Below are positions 14,000-28,877 of a stretch of 248,000 nt of DNA, piece after piece. Origin of the DNA: Octopus vulgaris (taxonomy: Eukaryota); NCBI GenBank assembly GCA_951406725.2, contig OX597817.1, forward strand, positions 117,820,001 through 118,068,000. Reading direction: 5' to 3'. Within the stretch, counting starts at the first letter, position 1. Every line of letters begins with the position of its first letter. Under the pieces are notes generated by a model that saw nothing but the letters and a program-made list of their open reading frames with translations, was not told where the DNA came from and searched no databases. A program made the position numbers and the translations under genes.

Positions 14000-14829
14000 C
14001 ACATATACACTCACACACACACACATATATATGGCGATCAAATCATCGCGATTCGAAACAGCCGTAAAACAACCTAGCTCTGTTAAAAATTAGAACACAG
14101 ATGCATTAGTTTTATCCCTTTTATATACATTGAAAATAGCTTGGCAATATTTTGCCTGACATTCTTCGTAGTTCTTGACTGACACTCACCAATAAAGTGA
14201 CTTCTTGCGTTATCTATCTATACATGAAACCAGTTAGCTAGTATAAATCATGTTACCAATGTAGTGGATACCTTAATTCACATATTTGTGGATTAACCAA
14301 ACGATATCAGCTTTACATGTCAATAAATTTAAGTAATACAAGACCTAGAAGCGGATGAAATGTGAAGAAGGACACAATATTTACATGTGTTTGACAGGTG
14401 TAGTATATGATGTGGAAATGTCTCTAGACGGAAATTTTCACGTCTTGTTCACTGCTCCTTTGAGAAACCTTACCTTGTGTTGTTCCCCAATAAATAGCAG
14501 AAGTAAATTATCAAGCTGTTAACTGTATCGCTAGCGTTAGTTATGAATGTGTTATAGAATAGCTACAATACTCTACAGTAATGGATGCAGAGTGAAACCA
14601 GCTGCGAATTTTCTGAATAGCTGTCAAGATACTCTGAAACGACCATCAGTAAAATTTAAAGGGATAAAAGTATTGTTATATTCCGTTTTTAATTCGCATT
14701 CCACACACCGCTAAACTTTGTAATATTTAAATACGCATACATATCATACGCATATGTATATATATATATTATATATGCTGTTTGCATGTATGTATGTATG
14801 AGTAAGTGTATATGTGTGTATTCATGTGT

Positions 14830-15676
14830 GTGTTTGTATCAAAAAGTTCTTGGACTATTTATGTTCAATAAAAAAAAAATCATATATACCTGAGTTTAAC
14901 ATCATCTCCTTAGAAATATTCACGTCGGGAGCGTTCCTGCGTTTTGCTGTGGATCTTAACAACGGTGTTAAAACAGTGACCTTTGAGCTGCATTTTCATC
15001 TTGGGGATGAGATAGAGGTCCTCAAGTGCTAAAAATGGCGGCGAATAGGGCGGGTACAGAAGTGATACCATGTTGTTTAATGCGAGAAACTCACGAGTGA
15101 GAAGAGCATGGCGACAGGTGGCACTAGTCATCATAAAGAATCCTATTTTTTGCCATCCACAGTCCCGGTCACTTTTGCCGAATATCCCTTACACGCTTCA
15201 AAGTGTGACTGTAGAACTCTCGATGGACGGCCCAGCCCTGGAGGGCGAATACTCGATGCAAAGAACCACATTTACAGGGGTGATCAACGTGGCATATCTT
15301 CCAGACCGCTCATCGTCTTCCAGGGACACTCTTCATTTTTTGAAGCGCTCGTGCCTCTCGAAACTTTGCGTACAACCTACCGCTTCGTCGCCATACGCTT
15401 GCCTAAGCATACGCAATGTCTCTGTAGCTGATTTTACAAGTTTAACGCAAAATTTCACGTTGGATATTGGTCCCTGTCCATGACAAATTCGCAGACTTCA
15501 TCATACGCATAATCACAAAAACACAAACTTAGCAACTTGCGAAGTTAACACAGCAATATCACTCGGTACTCCGCCTAATAAAGGTCACTGCCGGCTCTCA
15601 CTGCGTACACAACATTGTGCTGCCATCTGTTGGCGCGCTACAGAATGAGTCCGGAATGTTTTAATACCATCTCGTA
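14830..15676 (-). mobile_element. Mariner (Tc1/mariner) element, internally deleted
   Basis: Minus-strand peptide LYPPYSPPFLALEDLYLIPKMKMQLKGHCF (mariner YSPDLAP region). Degenerate TIRs at both ends (aaaaagttcttgga / ccggaatgttttaataccatctcgta). Confidence 0.75.
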
Positions 15677-16124
15677 GTTACATGCTGGAGAATGTTTTAA
15701 AAAATAAAGATTCAGTAAGAAACTATATTTGAGGCTTTGTTTTATATACTAATATTGAAAGCCTGTGCATATACTCAGTATATATCTTACGACAGCTTCA
15801 AATTAGTATTTGAATATTTTTCTCGTTTCAGTGATTTTTTGTTAAGACAGCACATGTCTTAATTATGAGCAGGATTCAGACTCCCTGTGCCATACAGTAT
15901 TGGATATATATGATACTTAGAATGGTAAAATATTGATTCCCACAGAAAATTGTGATAGTTTCATCAATAATTCACGACAAACTGTTATCATTGCAAAATC
16001 TCACCTCAAATGTATTTTCCGACGTATCGATGCTGATTCATAGTTTCATATGTAGGTGACTCTCCTTGTATGTGTTTGTGTGTGTATGTACTTATGTACT
16101 TATATATATATATATATATATATA

Positions 16125-16332
16125 AAGTTAATCCAAATAAGAAAGCACAAAACACACAACAACGCGAGGACGTGGAACAAATATAGTATTATTGGACGCT
16201 CAGGAAAGTAGGAAGGAAGGAGGGTTTAACGTTTCGAGTGGAGCTCTTCGTCGGAAACATAGGAAAAGGAAAGATCCAGAGAAGGGAAGACAAAGGAAAT
16301 AATCGCCAACGGTACACATGCGGTCACATTTA

Positions 16333-16340
<8 letters not shown>
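16125..16340 (-). mobile_element. HHR-bearing short repeat family A
   Basis: Matches 128430-128640 in reverse complement. Confidence 0.75.
16224..16258 (-). ncRNA. Candidate minimal HHR (family A, U4C variant)
   Basis: GTTT-CCGACGA-A-GAG(CTCCA)CTC-GAAA-CG-TT-AAAC. Confidence 0.5.
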
Positions 16341-16409
<69 letters not shown>

Positions 16410-16622
16410 GAGAGAGAGAGATAGATAAATGTGACAGCGTGTGTACCGTGTGTACCGCGTGTGTACCGAAAGGGATTATATCACCAACTTCAAATGCGAG
16501 CCTAGCCTTTTTTTGGCTTTCCTAAAATCCATAAAAACAAATACATCACCGAAGCCTGCAAACTCTCTTCTGGCATCCACATCAACATCAAAACACCGGA
16601 GGACCTAAAACTAAGGCCCATC

Positions 16623-18178
16623 GTGGCTGGAACCTCCTGTGAAACACACCGCCTGACTAATTTCCTAGACATCCTTTTGCAACCTTTCCTTACCCACATC
16701 AAATGTTTCATTAGGGATGATCTGGACATGCTCAAACACCTCCCGAAAACAGTTAATGAGGAGGCGCTCCTGGTATCCTTTGATGTCATCAACCTCTACA
16801 CCAACATCCCACATGAATATGGTATTGAGGCAATTGATTTCTGGCTAGAAAAACACCCAGAGACATTCCCTGACCGCATTCACAAGACCTTTATTACGGA
16901 CTCACTCAAGTTCATTCTGACTAACAATTATTTCCTCTTCGACAACACACACTACCGTCAAAACTCTGGTATTGCGATGGGTACCAAGGCTGCACCAGTC
17001 CTTGCGAACCTCGTAATGGGTTTCTTCGAACTATCACTCTATGAGATATCACGCCAGAAATTTGGACATGTTTTCCACACCTACCTAATGGAAAACTGGA
17101 AAAGGTATTTGGATGATTGTTTCATCATATGGAAAGAACCTTATGAAAAACTTCTGGAATTCAACACCATACTGAACAACATACATCCCAACATCCAATT
17201 CACTATGGAATTAAGCAAACATCATCTTCCTTTCCTTGACCTCCTAATTATAAAAACACCTAAGAACCAAATCAAAACAGACATCTACCACAAACCTACA
17301 GACTCACACCAATACCTCCTCTTTAGTTCATGCCACCCAAAACACACCAAGACAAATATCCCTTTCAACTTAGCTAAAAGGGTATGCACCGTTGTCTCTG
17401 ATCCAAAAACTCAAGAAATACGCCTTCAAGACCTCAAAAAAAAAACACTATTACAACGCCAATATCCCTCCACCCTTATAGAACATGGAATAAAACGCGC
17501 CAAAGAACTAGACAACATTACACTGAAAACCACCCAAGCCAACACCACACACAACCCCAAAATACTTCCATACATTTCCACCCACAACCCTAAAAATATC
17601 GAAGCATACACCACAATCATACAAAACATCAGTCTACTGTCAACAGACCCAAAAATGAAAAACATTATAAATACACACAAAATCCTCAAATGTAAAAGGC
17701 AACACAAATCTTTAAAAAAACTCTTGACAAATGCCAAACTTCACACACCACACCACCCCTAGCAGTTAAAAAATGTGCACGCCCAAACTGTGGCACCTGC
17801 CCCTTCCTACTTGAAGGCTCTGAATTTAACTTCAAATAAGGAACGAAGTTTAAAATCAAGACCAACTTCTCCTGTTCCTCCGAGAACCTTATCTACGTTC
17901 TCACATGAGCTGGTTGCCAACATAATTATGTTGGACAAACGAGCCTCCCGTTACGTAAACGAGTAGCGGTGCATAAAGAACAAATAAACCTCCCGGAATA
18001 CCGGCAAATCCCACTGAGTGACCACATAGACTCATGCGCTAAAGACAAAAATCCCAAATTCTACACATTCCCCTTCTACCAATGTAAAGACGGAATCACC
18101 ACACAGGAGAGAATTAAGAAGGAGAATCTCTTTATTGAAAAATTCAAAACGCATCTTAATATGCAAACTCCTCGTTGA
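16623..18178 (+). pseudogene. PLE RT + GIY-YIG (frameshift ~17760, TGA at 17906)
   Basis: LVSFDVINLYTNI, GIAMGTKAAPVLANL, WKRYLDDCF motifs. The downstream frame continues ...EQINLPEYRQIPLSDH. Confidence 0.9.
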
Positions 18179-18857
18179 TCATACTTCTTCTTTTTTCTAC
18201 CACATTCTCCATGGATGGACTAACACAAATATATAAGGATACCATGCAGTCATCACCTCAAGCTAAAACTTATATTCTTTAAATATCATTATTATTACTG
18301 TTGTTATTATTATTATTTTTTATTATATATGACATAAGAATCTGAAATGTAATTATAAATTGGTTTATGCAAATTTATATAATTAGAAAACAATATGAAT
18401 AAAGTGTTAAAATCAGAATGTTAAGTTAACAAACAAATTATATAAAAAAGATAATGCAAATGAAGCTAAAATGATAATTTTATAATTTAAGTTTTATCAA
18501 CACCCTTTATTACAAAAAATTGATAAACACAAATTGAAGAGCTTAAAACCCATAGAGTTGTCTCCCCTTATTCACAACACAGGAACGGGACTACCACTAC
18601 TTCCTGTTTTGCCAGGCACTTAAGAGACACTCTTAATTAAATTAAACAACACATGGATTTAATCCCATTGGATCTCAATGCTTCAAGGTAATATTTTCGT
18701 GAACAATCATTAAACTCAAGATACACAAAGACCTTATAATGTATCGGAGTACCTAATTTTTAGTGTTTGTATATATTTATTTTTATTTCTCTGCAAAAAA
18801 CAATTTAATTTTCTTTTTTCCCCCTCCTCACATTTAAAAAAAAAATCTTTTCTTTAC

Positions 18858-18899
18858 AATTCTTGAAAAGTCACATTATGACGAAAACCGGTTTGAATT
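18858..18899 (+). ncRNA. Candidate minimal HHR in PLE pLTR, U3:A8 variant
   Basis: AATTC-TTGAAAA-GTCA(CATTA)TGAC-GAAA-ACCGGT-TT-GAATT: 5-bp stem I and palindromic stem III. Confidence 0.65.
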
Positions 18900-19053
18900 A
18901 ATATATATATATATTTTATAAAATTTTTCAAAAACGTTTCCATACACCCATTTTCATTAAAATTTTCTTTCAATTTAGCATTCTGCCTTTTTACAATTTT
19001 TCCTTGCTTATCATTTCTCCACGTGCGGTCAACACAACCCCATCATTTATTGA

Positions 19054-19126
<73 letters not shown>

Positions 19127-19128
19127 GA

Positions 19129-19163
<35 letters not shown>

Positions 19164-20130
19164 CATACATACATACATATATAAGTAATGTTCGTAGCCA
19201 CTTCATCGTGGTTTCATATATTACGAGCAGAGGCAAGCTACTGCCATCTCTAGCAGATGAGGCGTCTAGTACTGAAGAGAGACGAAATAGCCCCAAACCA
19301 GGCTGGTCTGCTAGTCCTGTTGCTAAAAGGTAGTGGGAGTTCAGGAGTTATCCACTCTAGGTTCAGAAATTGCACTAAAATCTGTAGGAACGGGCAGCCA
19401 TGTTGAAGTGATTACGAACATTACTAGTTAGTACAACTACTGCGTTGATCTCTTATTGAGATTTTGGAACTAGCATTGTTGCCTTTGCACACACACACAC
19501 ATACAGGATGTGACGCACGGACAACAGTGGGAATCAAAGCAATAACACGTGTTCAATCGTAATATGTTATAGCAGACTCCACGTGAACGTGACTGTGCCC
19601 CCCTGTTGCCCGCATCGTGCCTGCTACCGATAGCACCCTGTGCACTGGAACGAAATCCCGTTTGCCGCCTTCTGGAAGCTTGCGAGTCACCGGAGTAGGA
19701 ACAACCATGCTCTAGGCCAGTGTACCACAAACAGGCATGCTGAGGCACACTGGTTTTCCACCAGACGATATTAGGTGTATTGCAGCGTAACATGAATATA
19801 ATTGTTTTCCCTATAGTTTTTGTTTTATTGTTACTTCGTGTATGCCGCAAGTGAAAAAAAGGTTTCAGAGCACTGCTCGTGGTGACCGTCGAACTCTAAG
19901 GGATCTCCGACCACTATGACGCTTGCTCTATGAAAGTTGCGAACAGGTCCAAACCGAACGTCTGATCGTTTTTGTTTTTCGTCATCGGGGAACAACTTTT
20001 CCCATTTAGATGATACAACACCAGTGCTGTTTTGAATGCGTTGTGTTTGTTCATCCAAAATAATCCCGCAGAGTTTCTCAAAAGCACGAGACCTTGTTTA
20101 TAAGAATCACTCCTACTACTACTACTAATG

Positions 20131-20165
<35 letters not shown>

Positions 20166-20309
20166 ACTACTACTACTACTACTAATAATAATAATAATAA
20201 TAATAATAACAACAACAACAACAATGATAATAACAACAACAACAATAACAGTAACAACTGTCAGAACAATAATAATAATATCAATAATAATAAACGACTG
20301 CAGCATGAA

Positions 20310-20635
20310 ATCTAATAAACCAGATGTTCTTGTGAAAGACCAAAATAATAAAATTTGTTTATTGACTGACAGGAGCGTACCTTGTGATCATAATATCTCG
20401 GTAAAAGAATTTGGTAAGCTTAGAAAAATACAAAGATTTGTTGATTGAAATCGAAGTAAATGTGGCATCTCAAGGCATTTAAAACACCAGTGATTGTAGG
20501 AGTATTTTGAATGAACAAAAAAGGAACTGAAAATTACTTGAGCATGATCCCTGGCATGCCGTCCATGCGAGAAATGCAAAAGATTGTCTTAACTGGTACA
20601 TCACTCGTATTGTGAAGAGCATTGGGGCTGTGAAT
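20310..20635 (+). mobile_element. R4/Dong-like LINE 3' fragment (restriction-like endonuclease domain)
   Basis: KPDVLVKDQNNKICLL.D.SVPCDHNISVKEFGKL.KY PD..D/ExK-type motif, degenerate. Confidence 0.65.
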
Positions 20636-21584
20636 TTTCTTTCCTTTTTTCCTTTCACTTTCTTAGTTTTTTCTTACTTTTTTAATTTGTTTTTTTTTTC
20701 TTGTATCTTTCTTATCTCTGTCTTTTTTCCATCACATGCCTTTGTAAATGGACCATCTGATGTCATTATTTTAATGTGCCCATTAATGTATACATTAAAA
20801 AGTATACAGTGAGTGTGCCAATGTATACAGTTTTTGCTCCCGGTGTCGGGAAGACACTCAGCAAGAAATGGAAACAAAACTGAAATAAGAAGATAATGGT
20901 AACAATTATAATAATAATGGTGACGCTGACGATGAAGATGATGACCAAGATGATGACAAGGACTATGATGACGTTAATGATGATGATGATGTCGATGATG
21001 ACGATGTCGATAATGATGATAACGATGATGGTGATGATAAAAATAAGTGATATTGGGGCAAATGAAATCAAGAAAATGTGGATTAAGCTTTTTGTGATAT
21101 GACAGAGTTAAGAATTTAATTAAAAATATGATAATCATAATCTAAATAGCATTTAGTCGTGTGACCCTCTCACCCACCCCATATTAAGGTTTGTCACGAC
21201 AATTGTTCTCCTGGGTATATTTTTGTTAAGTAGATAGTAAAACTTCAACGGCCTTAAATGCTCATTGCATGCATATCAGGAATTTTCTCTTAATCTATCC
21301 TCTTCAATAAATAATTCGTGTTTCTAGATTAATTTGTCATCAGGACGTAGCTTCATTAAAATATAATATGGTCATCAGCTCTCCGCTACTCAACTTTACG
21401 ACTGAATTTGTTCCATTTTGAAGTGTCTCAACTCATCTGAGTGTCGTTCTTTTATTTGATGTTTACGCCTTTCGCACAATCTGTTATATTTTGAAAGTTT
21501 TCTCGTTCACCTTCGTTTCCTCCCTTGTTTCACAAAATAATGGTGTAATGTTTCTTTTTAGTGGGGAGCACAAGTGTACACTCT

Positions 21585-21985
21585 TTACTCTTTACTCTTT
21601 ACTTGTTTCAGTCCTTTGACTGCGGCCAGGCTGGAGCGCCGCCTTTAGTCGAGCAAATCGACCCCGGGACTTATTCTTTGGAAGCCTAGTACTTATTCTA
21701 TCGGTCTCTTTTGCCGAACCGCTAAGTGAAGGGGACGCAAACACACCAGCATCGGTTGTCAAGCAATGCTAGAGGACAAACTCAGACAAACATGTACACA
21801 CACATGCATATATATATACATAGGACAGGCTCCTTTCAGTTTCCGTCTACCAAATCCACTCACAAGGCTTTGGTCGTCACGAGGCTATAGAAGAAAACAC
21901 TTGCCCAAGATGCCACGCAGTGGGACTGAACCCGGAACCATGTGGCTGGTTAGCAAGCTACATACTACACAGCCACTCCTGCGCC
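21585..21985 (-). mobile_element. Octopus tRNA-derived SINE (OR-like)
   Basis: Head ggcgcaggagtggctgtgtagtatgtagcttgc...gttccgggttcagtcccactgcg; (tactctt)n tail. Confidence 0.82.
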
Positions 21986-22875
21986 TATTGTTGCTTTAAC
22001 ATGGACGCAACTTCCTCACCTTTTTTTCACAATTTACACACAGGTATACAGATATATGTACGTATGCATGTATATATGTGAGTATGCGCTTATGTGTGTG
22101 TGGGATGCATGTGTGTGCGTTCCTGTGTGCGTAAAGTTGACCAGAAAATACTCATAAACAGGAGGTTATCCTAGTAATTCCAATTCAGAAATAAGTGTAT
22201 TTGTTTTCTCCGTAAAATTTATAATCATATACTCTCGCTGAAAATTTCATATTTAAGAAACCTGTGATTAATTGTACCGCTCTACTATCTTGATCATAAA
22301 TGAAACCAAGGAAATAGACTCAGTCAATAGAGCGAATTAATAAGTAAAATAAGTGTAACTGCTTAACAATTTTGTGATGATAAATGCGTTAAAAACAATA
22401 CAAAACGAAATGGAATGCAAAATAATCAGTAGACCATTTATTAAGGACCAAAACAAACAAAAGCAAAACAAAATACGCACAGAACTTCGTAAAAACAACA
22501 GCACCTACGTCATTTATAAAGATACGTCAGAGAGAATGATTTTCGCAGCAAAATACTGCTTTCTATGATCAAACATTACCACAGACTTTTCAGTTTCTAT
22601 ATTTTTCCTCTCTTTAAACATCAAAATATAAATATAATCTTTATTTGGAATATAGTGTGACAAACTTTATACAACAATATGTCAGTAACTAAATTCAAAT
22701 CTAAAGATCATAGAAAATGTGTCAGACACTGTTGCCAACCATAATGGTTATTGATTTTTACGCTGACGACGAATAATTTCATTATTATTTATTTTATTTC
22801 TTCCTGCTCACAGGCCTATGATGTTCTGACGTTGTTTCCATGACATTTGTTCAGGTTATAACTTGTTAAATTACA

Positions 22876-22973
<98 letters not shown>

Positions 22974-23418
22974 TCATTTATATACATATATGTATGTATA
23001 TATATATATATACACATACATATATGTGTATATATATACATACAAAGATATGTATATATATATATATATATATATACAGACACATATATATATATATATG
23101 TATATATACGTATGTGCATATGTATATATGTTCAAATATATTACGCACTCAAAGGAATGAGGAGGAGCGTATTACACTTATTAATTAGTTACGATCGTTT
23201 GATAATTAGTGAAATTGTTACGTCAATTAACACAGTGATATATATACAAATAAAAATATTATGCAAATACTTACAATATTAAAGAAATAAATGAAAATTC
23301 CATCACTTCTTCAGACTGGACATTAGACTAATATCTGTATTATTTGATTAATGAAATATAATGAAATATAATGGAACATCACCCCACACACACACATACA
23401 CACACACATATCTATCTA

Positions 23419-23515
<97 letters not shown>

Positions 23516-26500
23516 AAACACTATCGGTTGCCGACAATGGTTGATATACGATATCTCATCATTGTGGTTTATCAATACCAGAGAAAGGTAGAAGCATATA
23601 TGTGCGCGCGCGTACGTTTGCGTGTGTGTGCGCGTTTTGTGTGTGTGTGTGTGTCATACATTTGATAACATTGATTGGCTGTTAAAAAAGCCAATAATAA
23701 CAATAACGAAAGGGATTAGAGACAGCTAATCCGAAATATCTTACATCATTTGCGGTAACAGGAAATTTAACAACGTATATGCTCTTAAAGTTTAACAAAC
23801 AGTTTAGCTGACAGCAACTTACGAGAGTATCGAGAAACAATGTTTCGTTTAGATGTTCATATAATTGAAACATTTTATTAGCAACAAACGAAGTGCCGCG
23901 TCTTGGTCTTCTGAAATTATTTTGAGTGTTTATTTTCTGTTAGAGACTAGCTTGTAATGGAGATTATATCGTAATGATATCTAAGCTATATAACAGAAGT
24001 TCTATATATCCACCCGAAGGATGTTCTGTAATAATCATATAAATCTCATTAAGTACAAAGTCTTTAACTTTGAAGGTGCCATTAACTTAACTGAGGACTA
24101 ATTTTGAGGAACATCCATAGACCTAGAGTTCAATACATGAGAGCCAAATTTTCATTTCTTTAATTAAATAAAATTATATAGAGCAATAATCTCACTGCCA
24201 TTGCTTTACTAATGACTGATATATAATATTAGAATTATAATCTGCTATCTACCCCATTCAAATCAGATTTTCGATAAGAAGACACTTTAGTAAATTAAGC
24301 TGAATAAGTAGCTGTAAGCAATCGTAATCCAGGAACATAAAGTTAATACGGGTAATAGGAAATTTATTACCCATGAATGTGATAAGGCTTACAGTCCCTT
24401 CTATGTGGATATTAAAATTAATATAGTAAGCTTATTTCATATGAAGTTAATATGGGTCATCTCCGCCATCCTTCTGAATATTAAGAGAGTTATTGGATAA
24501 AACGCTTGGCCCTTCAAGATAAGTATTTCCTTAATACACGTATGTTAAAAGAAAACGAAAATTCAATCGGTGCTGCTGTTATAACCTGTTGCTTGTATGC
24601 AGCATGACGCTGATCAACGTACGTAAATCTAACGAAGTGGGGTACCCAAAATCTGTCATGCGCGAAGCTGACTTTTTTGCAGTATGTCAAAACACCCGCA
24701 TTAATATTCCAGATGGCACTATTCACTCACACGGCCGATAGAATAGTTATACACTTGTATCTAAAGGTCACACGCAGATATATTATAAATGTAAGTCATG
24801 TTTTTACACACACTGGCTAGAGTAATCTCATATAGATAACCAACTACTTGGTTGATATAACAGCACAGATTATCGACTACACTAGCAAATCGATGGTGTT
24901 CAACTGGATAAAATCATATATGAAGGCATCAAGAAACCGTAAAGTTTGTAAGGAGAAAAGAACAACTCCCCTGCTTCAATCAAAATTAATCAGTGAACTG
25001 CCAAGCTCTCAAAAATATATATTTGCTTGGGACCTGCAAGTATAGGTTCGTTCTATTCTCTTAGAATATTCCCGAAATAATTGAGCGGTTATAGGCATTT
25101 TTCTTGGACTAACTGGAGTATTCTCCTCCATTATACTCCCTTACTCTCTTCTTTTGTCCTCAACATAGTTTTACACATAATTACACACTAACAACACAGC
25201 ACTCTCCCCTATATATAGCAAGGCTGCCTACTCGTGAAAAGTTATAACACTCCTAGACATAATATTCCTAGTGTTATATCTAATAACTTGTCATAAGTGC
25301 TTTATGTGGTCCAAAGAAATAAATCTAATAATAAACTTCCTAGCTTTTCCCTTCCTCATACTTAACATTCCACCTTCCATCTTACGTACATTTCCAGACA
25401 GAGTTTGACACAATTTTAATATAAATTTTTATAGTTAATCCAAGGACATGTGCCGCAAAACTTAATAGATTATTGATGACATTCGTAAAGACGAATGCTA
25501 TCTCCCAATAAATACACATTTACAAAGAACTTTATTCTCGTGTTTTAGAGACTAAACTACTTTTCTGAAACACATACCTTCACACAAATTTTAACCTACT
25601 GCTGATATCCAGACACATGTATACATGCATTTATATGCGCGCACACATAACTATATACACATTTGTATATCTCTATCTCTACTAACACACACGCACATGC
25701 GTGTATGTGTGTAAAGAGAGACAGAGTAGCAGCCTAGATACCTATATTTATGACTATATAATATGTTCTATTACATACTGCCGTATATGTCCACATGAGA
25801 CATTTAACGACACAAATGTTATTGCATAAAGGGAAGAATTATAAAAAATTATTCGTGCATTTTACTTAATAAAATTTTTTTCTTTCTTCAATTAGTGTCG
25901 TGCACTATACAGATTCCAATTAGTATATCTATATTCTTAATAACCAACATAATGTACTTTTATCCAATAAAACGTAAAATTGATTATCTTGTGCATGTAT
26001 ACATGGTCTTTTACTTTGTAAGGTTGAAATGGTATGGCGTAAAAGTACAACTCTCATTTTCAGCCAGACCACGCTGAATAAACTAGCGCTTTAACGAAGA
26101 TATTCTTCAAATTATGAACACAAAGGCGTCTTGAATATTAAAGCAAAATAATTATTGAAAGACGGTGTTTCTTTGAAGCAAGTATTGCAACTGTAGAAAG
26201 TAATCAGTACGATATAACAAAAAGTCACTGTCATTTATTTCACATTCAAATTCATTTTAGAATATATAATTACAAAACATGCTTCACATTCACGCTAGTC
26301 TATAGATGACTTGGTGACAACTTCATCGAATTCTTTAATTTCCTGGCATTTATAGATGCTAGCGCTGTAATATTCTAAAAGTAGTGACCGACCAATACTA
26401 CTAAAATGTGATGTGCATGCTCAATATTTTTGTAGATTATTCTTCCAATGTTACGCCGTGAAGTGCAACATAACAGCATAAGAATAACGCCCACAAAATG

Positions 26501-26610
26501 TTTTTCGGTCGTTCCAGTTATCACTAATAACGTGTCAAATGCCTAATGTCATTCGCCTAATTGTAATTAACTGCATTGTAGATAGTTACATTTGTTTCAT
26601 CTTTTTTCCT

Positions 26611-26740
26611 TTTCTTCTTCTTCTTCTTCTTCTTCTTCTTCTTCTTCTTCTTCTTCTTCTTCTTCTTCTTCTTCTTCTTCTTCTTCTTCTTCTTCTTCTT
26701 CTTCTTCTTCTTCTTCTTCTTCTTCTTCTTCTTCTTCTTT

Positions 26741-26805
<65 letters not shown>

Positions 26806-26806
26806 T
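26611..26806. repeat. Compound (TCT)n-(ACT)n microsatellite
   Basis: Directly visible trinucleotide runs. Confidence 0.95.
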
Positions 26807-27699
26807 GACTACAATATTACTGTAGGATTCATTTTCCCATGGACAAAATACTTGGTGGCATTTCACGTTCAAATACCGGTAAGGTCAAGTTTGCCTCCCA
26901 GCTATTCGGAGTTGATAAAATGAGTGTCATTTCAGCACTTTATCGATGTGCACAACGTCTCCTTCCTCTCAAACTTGCTGGTCTTGTGCGAACATTTGTA
27001 ATCATCATCATCATAAACATTTTACTTCGCTGAACCCATGATTATACTTGTTCCGATTAATTCTTTAAGACCGGAAAGCAGCTTATTGTCAAAGGGCTAA
27101 AAGTATCTTTCCAAGATACATAGCATCCAAGTGTCTATCTCAAAGTTCTCGTTATCCTCAACAGAGCAATTTTCTGAGCATTTTCTTCCCCCATGTCACT
27201 TTCCAATTTCCATTATACTTGCTTCAAATAATTCATTAAGACAGGACAGCAAATTATTATCGAAGGGCTAAAAGTATCTCTTTCCAAGATATTTACCATC
27301 AAGGTACCAATCTCAAAATTTTCGTTATCCCCAAAAGAGCAATTTTCTTAGTATATTCTTCTTTCATGTCAATTACAATTTCTCCGACTCATTTCTTAAA
27401 CCTAGTCGTTAGTGTTGTCAGTGCCCCTACAAATACTCGGATTACAGTTATTCCGTTCATTGCCAACATTCATGCAGTTTGGTCTTTTGGTAGCTTGTAC
27501 ATTTCAGTATTTTCCAGCATTATTATTATTGCTGTTATTATTATTACTTTTAATCTGCATGTTTGTTACAATCACTCTCCGAGACACACTCAGCGTCTTG
27601 GGGCGAGTGAAGGATAAGAGATATTACAGTCTGAGAGAAAGCTTGGGTAGGGGTGGTAGAGGATACAACACAAAAGTTTAAATGAACAGGGTCTTTTCT

Positions 27700-28151
27700 A
27701 AAGATATGGGCAGTACAAAATGCAGTATATTTAAGAGACCAAAAAAGTAAATGCAAAAAAGATATTTTCTTCAAACTTGGCATGAAGGAAAGAAAGATTA
27801 TTTGGTTTCTCAAGAAGTATTTTTTTGGCTTAACTTCGTTTAACAAAACCAAAAATTTTATTGAAATAAAGGCATGCTTAATTATTTTTTAACGAAAAGA
27901 AAACACGTTTCGTTCCTGCCACGCTTACTTTTTAAACCATGTTTGTGTTCTCCCGAATATAATCGTTTTTCTTTGAAATGGAAAAAAGTGTATCTTTATT
28001 TCTTTTTTTTTGCTGGTGTCTCAAATTTAGATTAAATCAGTGTTTCTCAAAGGGGAGGCATATGCGACGGCCGGACAAGTTGGTTTGAGAAAATTTGATT
28101 TAAATATCTGACAACCTAGCACCGTCCATTGGATGGAGGGCGTTTTGCTCG

Positions 28152-28152
<1 letters not shown>
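27700..28152 (+). mobile_element. Non-autonomous Helitron-like element (related to 84759-85262)
   Basis: Shared caaaatgcagtatatttaaga...cagtgtttctcaaagggg block. 3' hairpin ccgtccattggatgg followed by gttttgctcg (degenerate CTAG). Confidence 0.5.
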
Positions 28153-28212
<60 letters not shown>

Positions 28213-28215
28213 TTA

Positions 28216-28252
<37 letters not shown>

Positions 28253-28844
28253 ATATACATACATATGTATGTATACATGATTAACAAGTGTTTCCTAATA
28301 TAAAATAAATTTCTTTTAGATTGATATGCTAGATCGAGAATACAATAGGAAATATTTGTATATTATTAATAGGTTTGAAAACAATGTAACATAAAAGATA
28401 AATGGAAACTATAGTTTCACACCTGTATGATTGCGAAATATTAGATAATTTGATATCGTGTTCGCTACTTGTATATTAAGGATGCAAATTGATACTTGTC
28501 AATGTAAAACATATATACCACGCAGGATCGACTGCTACAGTTATGAAAGAAACTATCTGTACACAAACCAGCTGTGGAGCAGGAACGCTCATTTAGAGAC
28601 CGGAAATATTGAAGCACTTATGTATATGTTATATCATGATATGTCATTAAAATTATTTGCCAGCCACATAAAGTTCGGAAATTGAAGTCTCGAAACTAAT
28701 CATTTCCTTCTAGTCGCGAATATCAAAGTGTTTACTCTTATGTTTCTAAATGTTAAAATTCAAATTTATTCGTTAATCCAACTCAATGAACATTAATGGT
28801 TGTAAGCAAGAAGGAAAATATCTACGACATACACATTTAGCTAC

Positions 28845-28877
<33 letters not shown>

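Larger units (their letters stand above)
16468..19055 (+). mobile_element. Penelope-like retroelement, 5'-truncated copy
   Basis: RT core plus GIY-YIG remnants. The 3' UTR ends in ccacgtgcggtcaacacaaccccatcatttattgatc. Confidence 0.93.

Noticed and set aside
19248-19295. CAGATGA...GTCT/AGAC...GAAA motif
   Set aside because: The core is mutated and stems I and III cannot be assigned; too degenerate to call.
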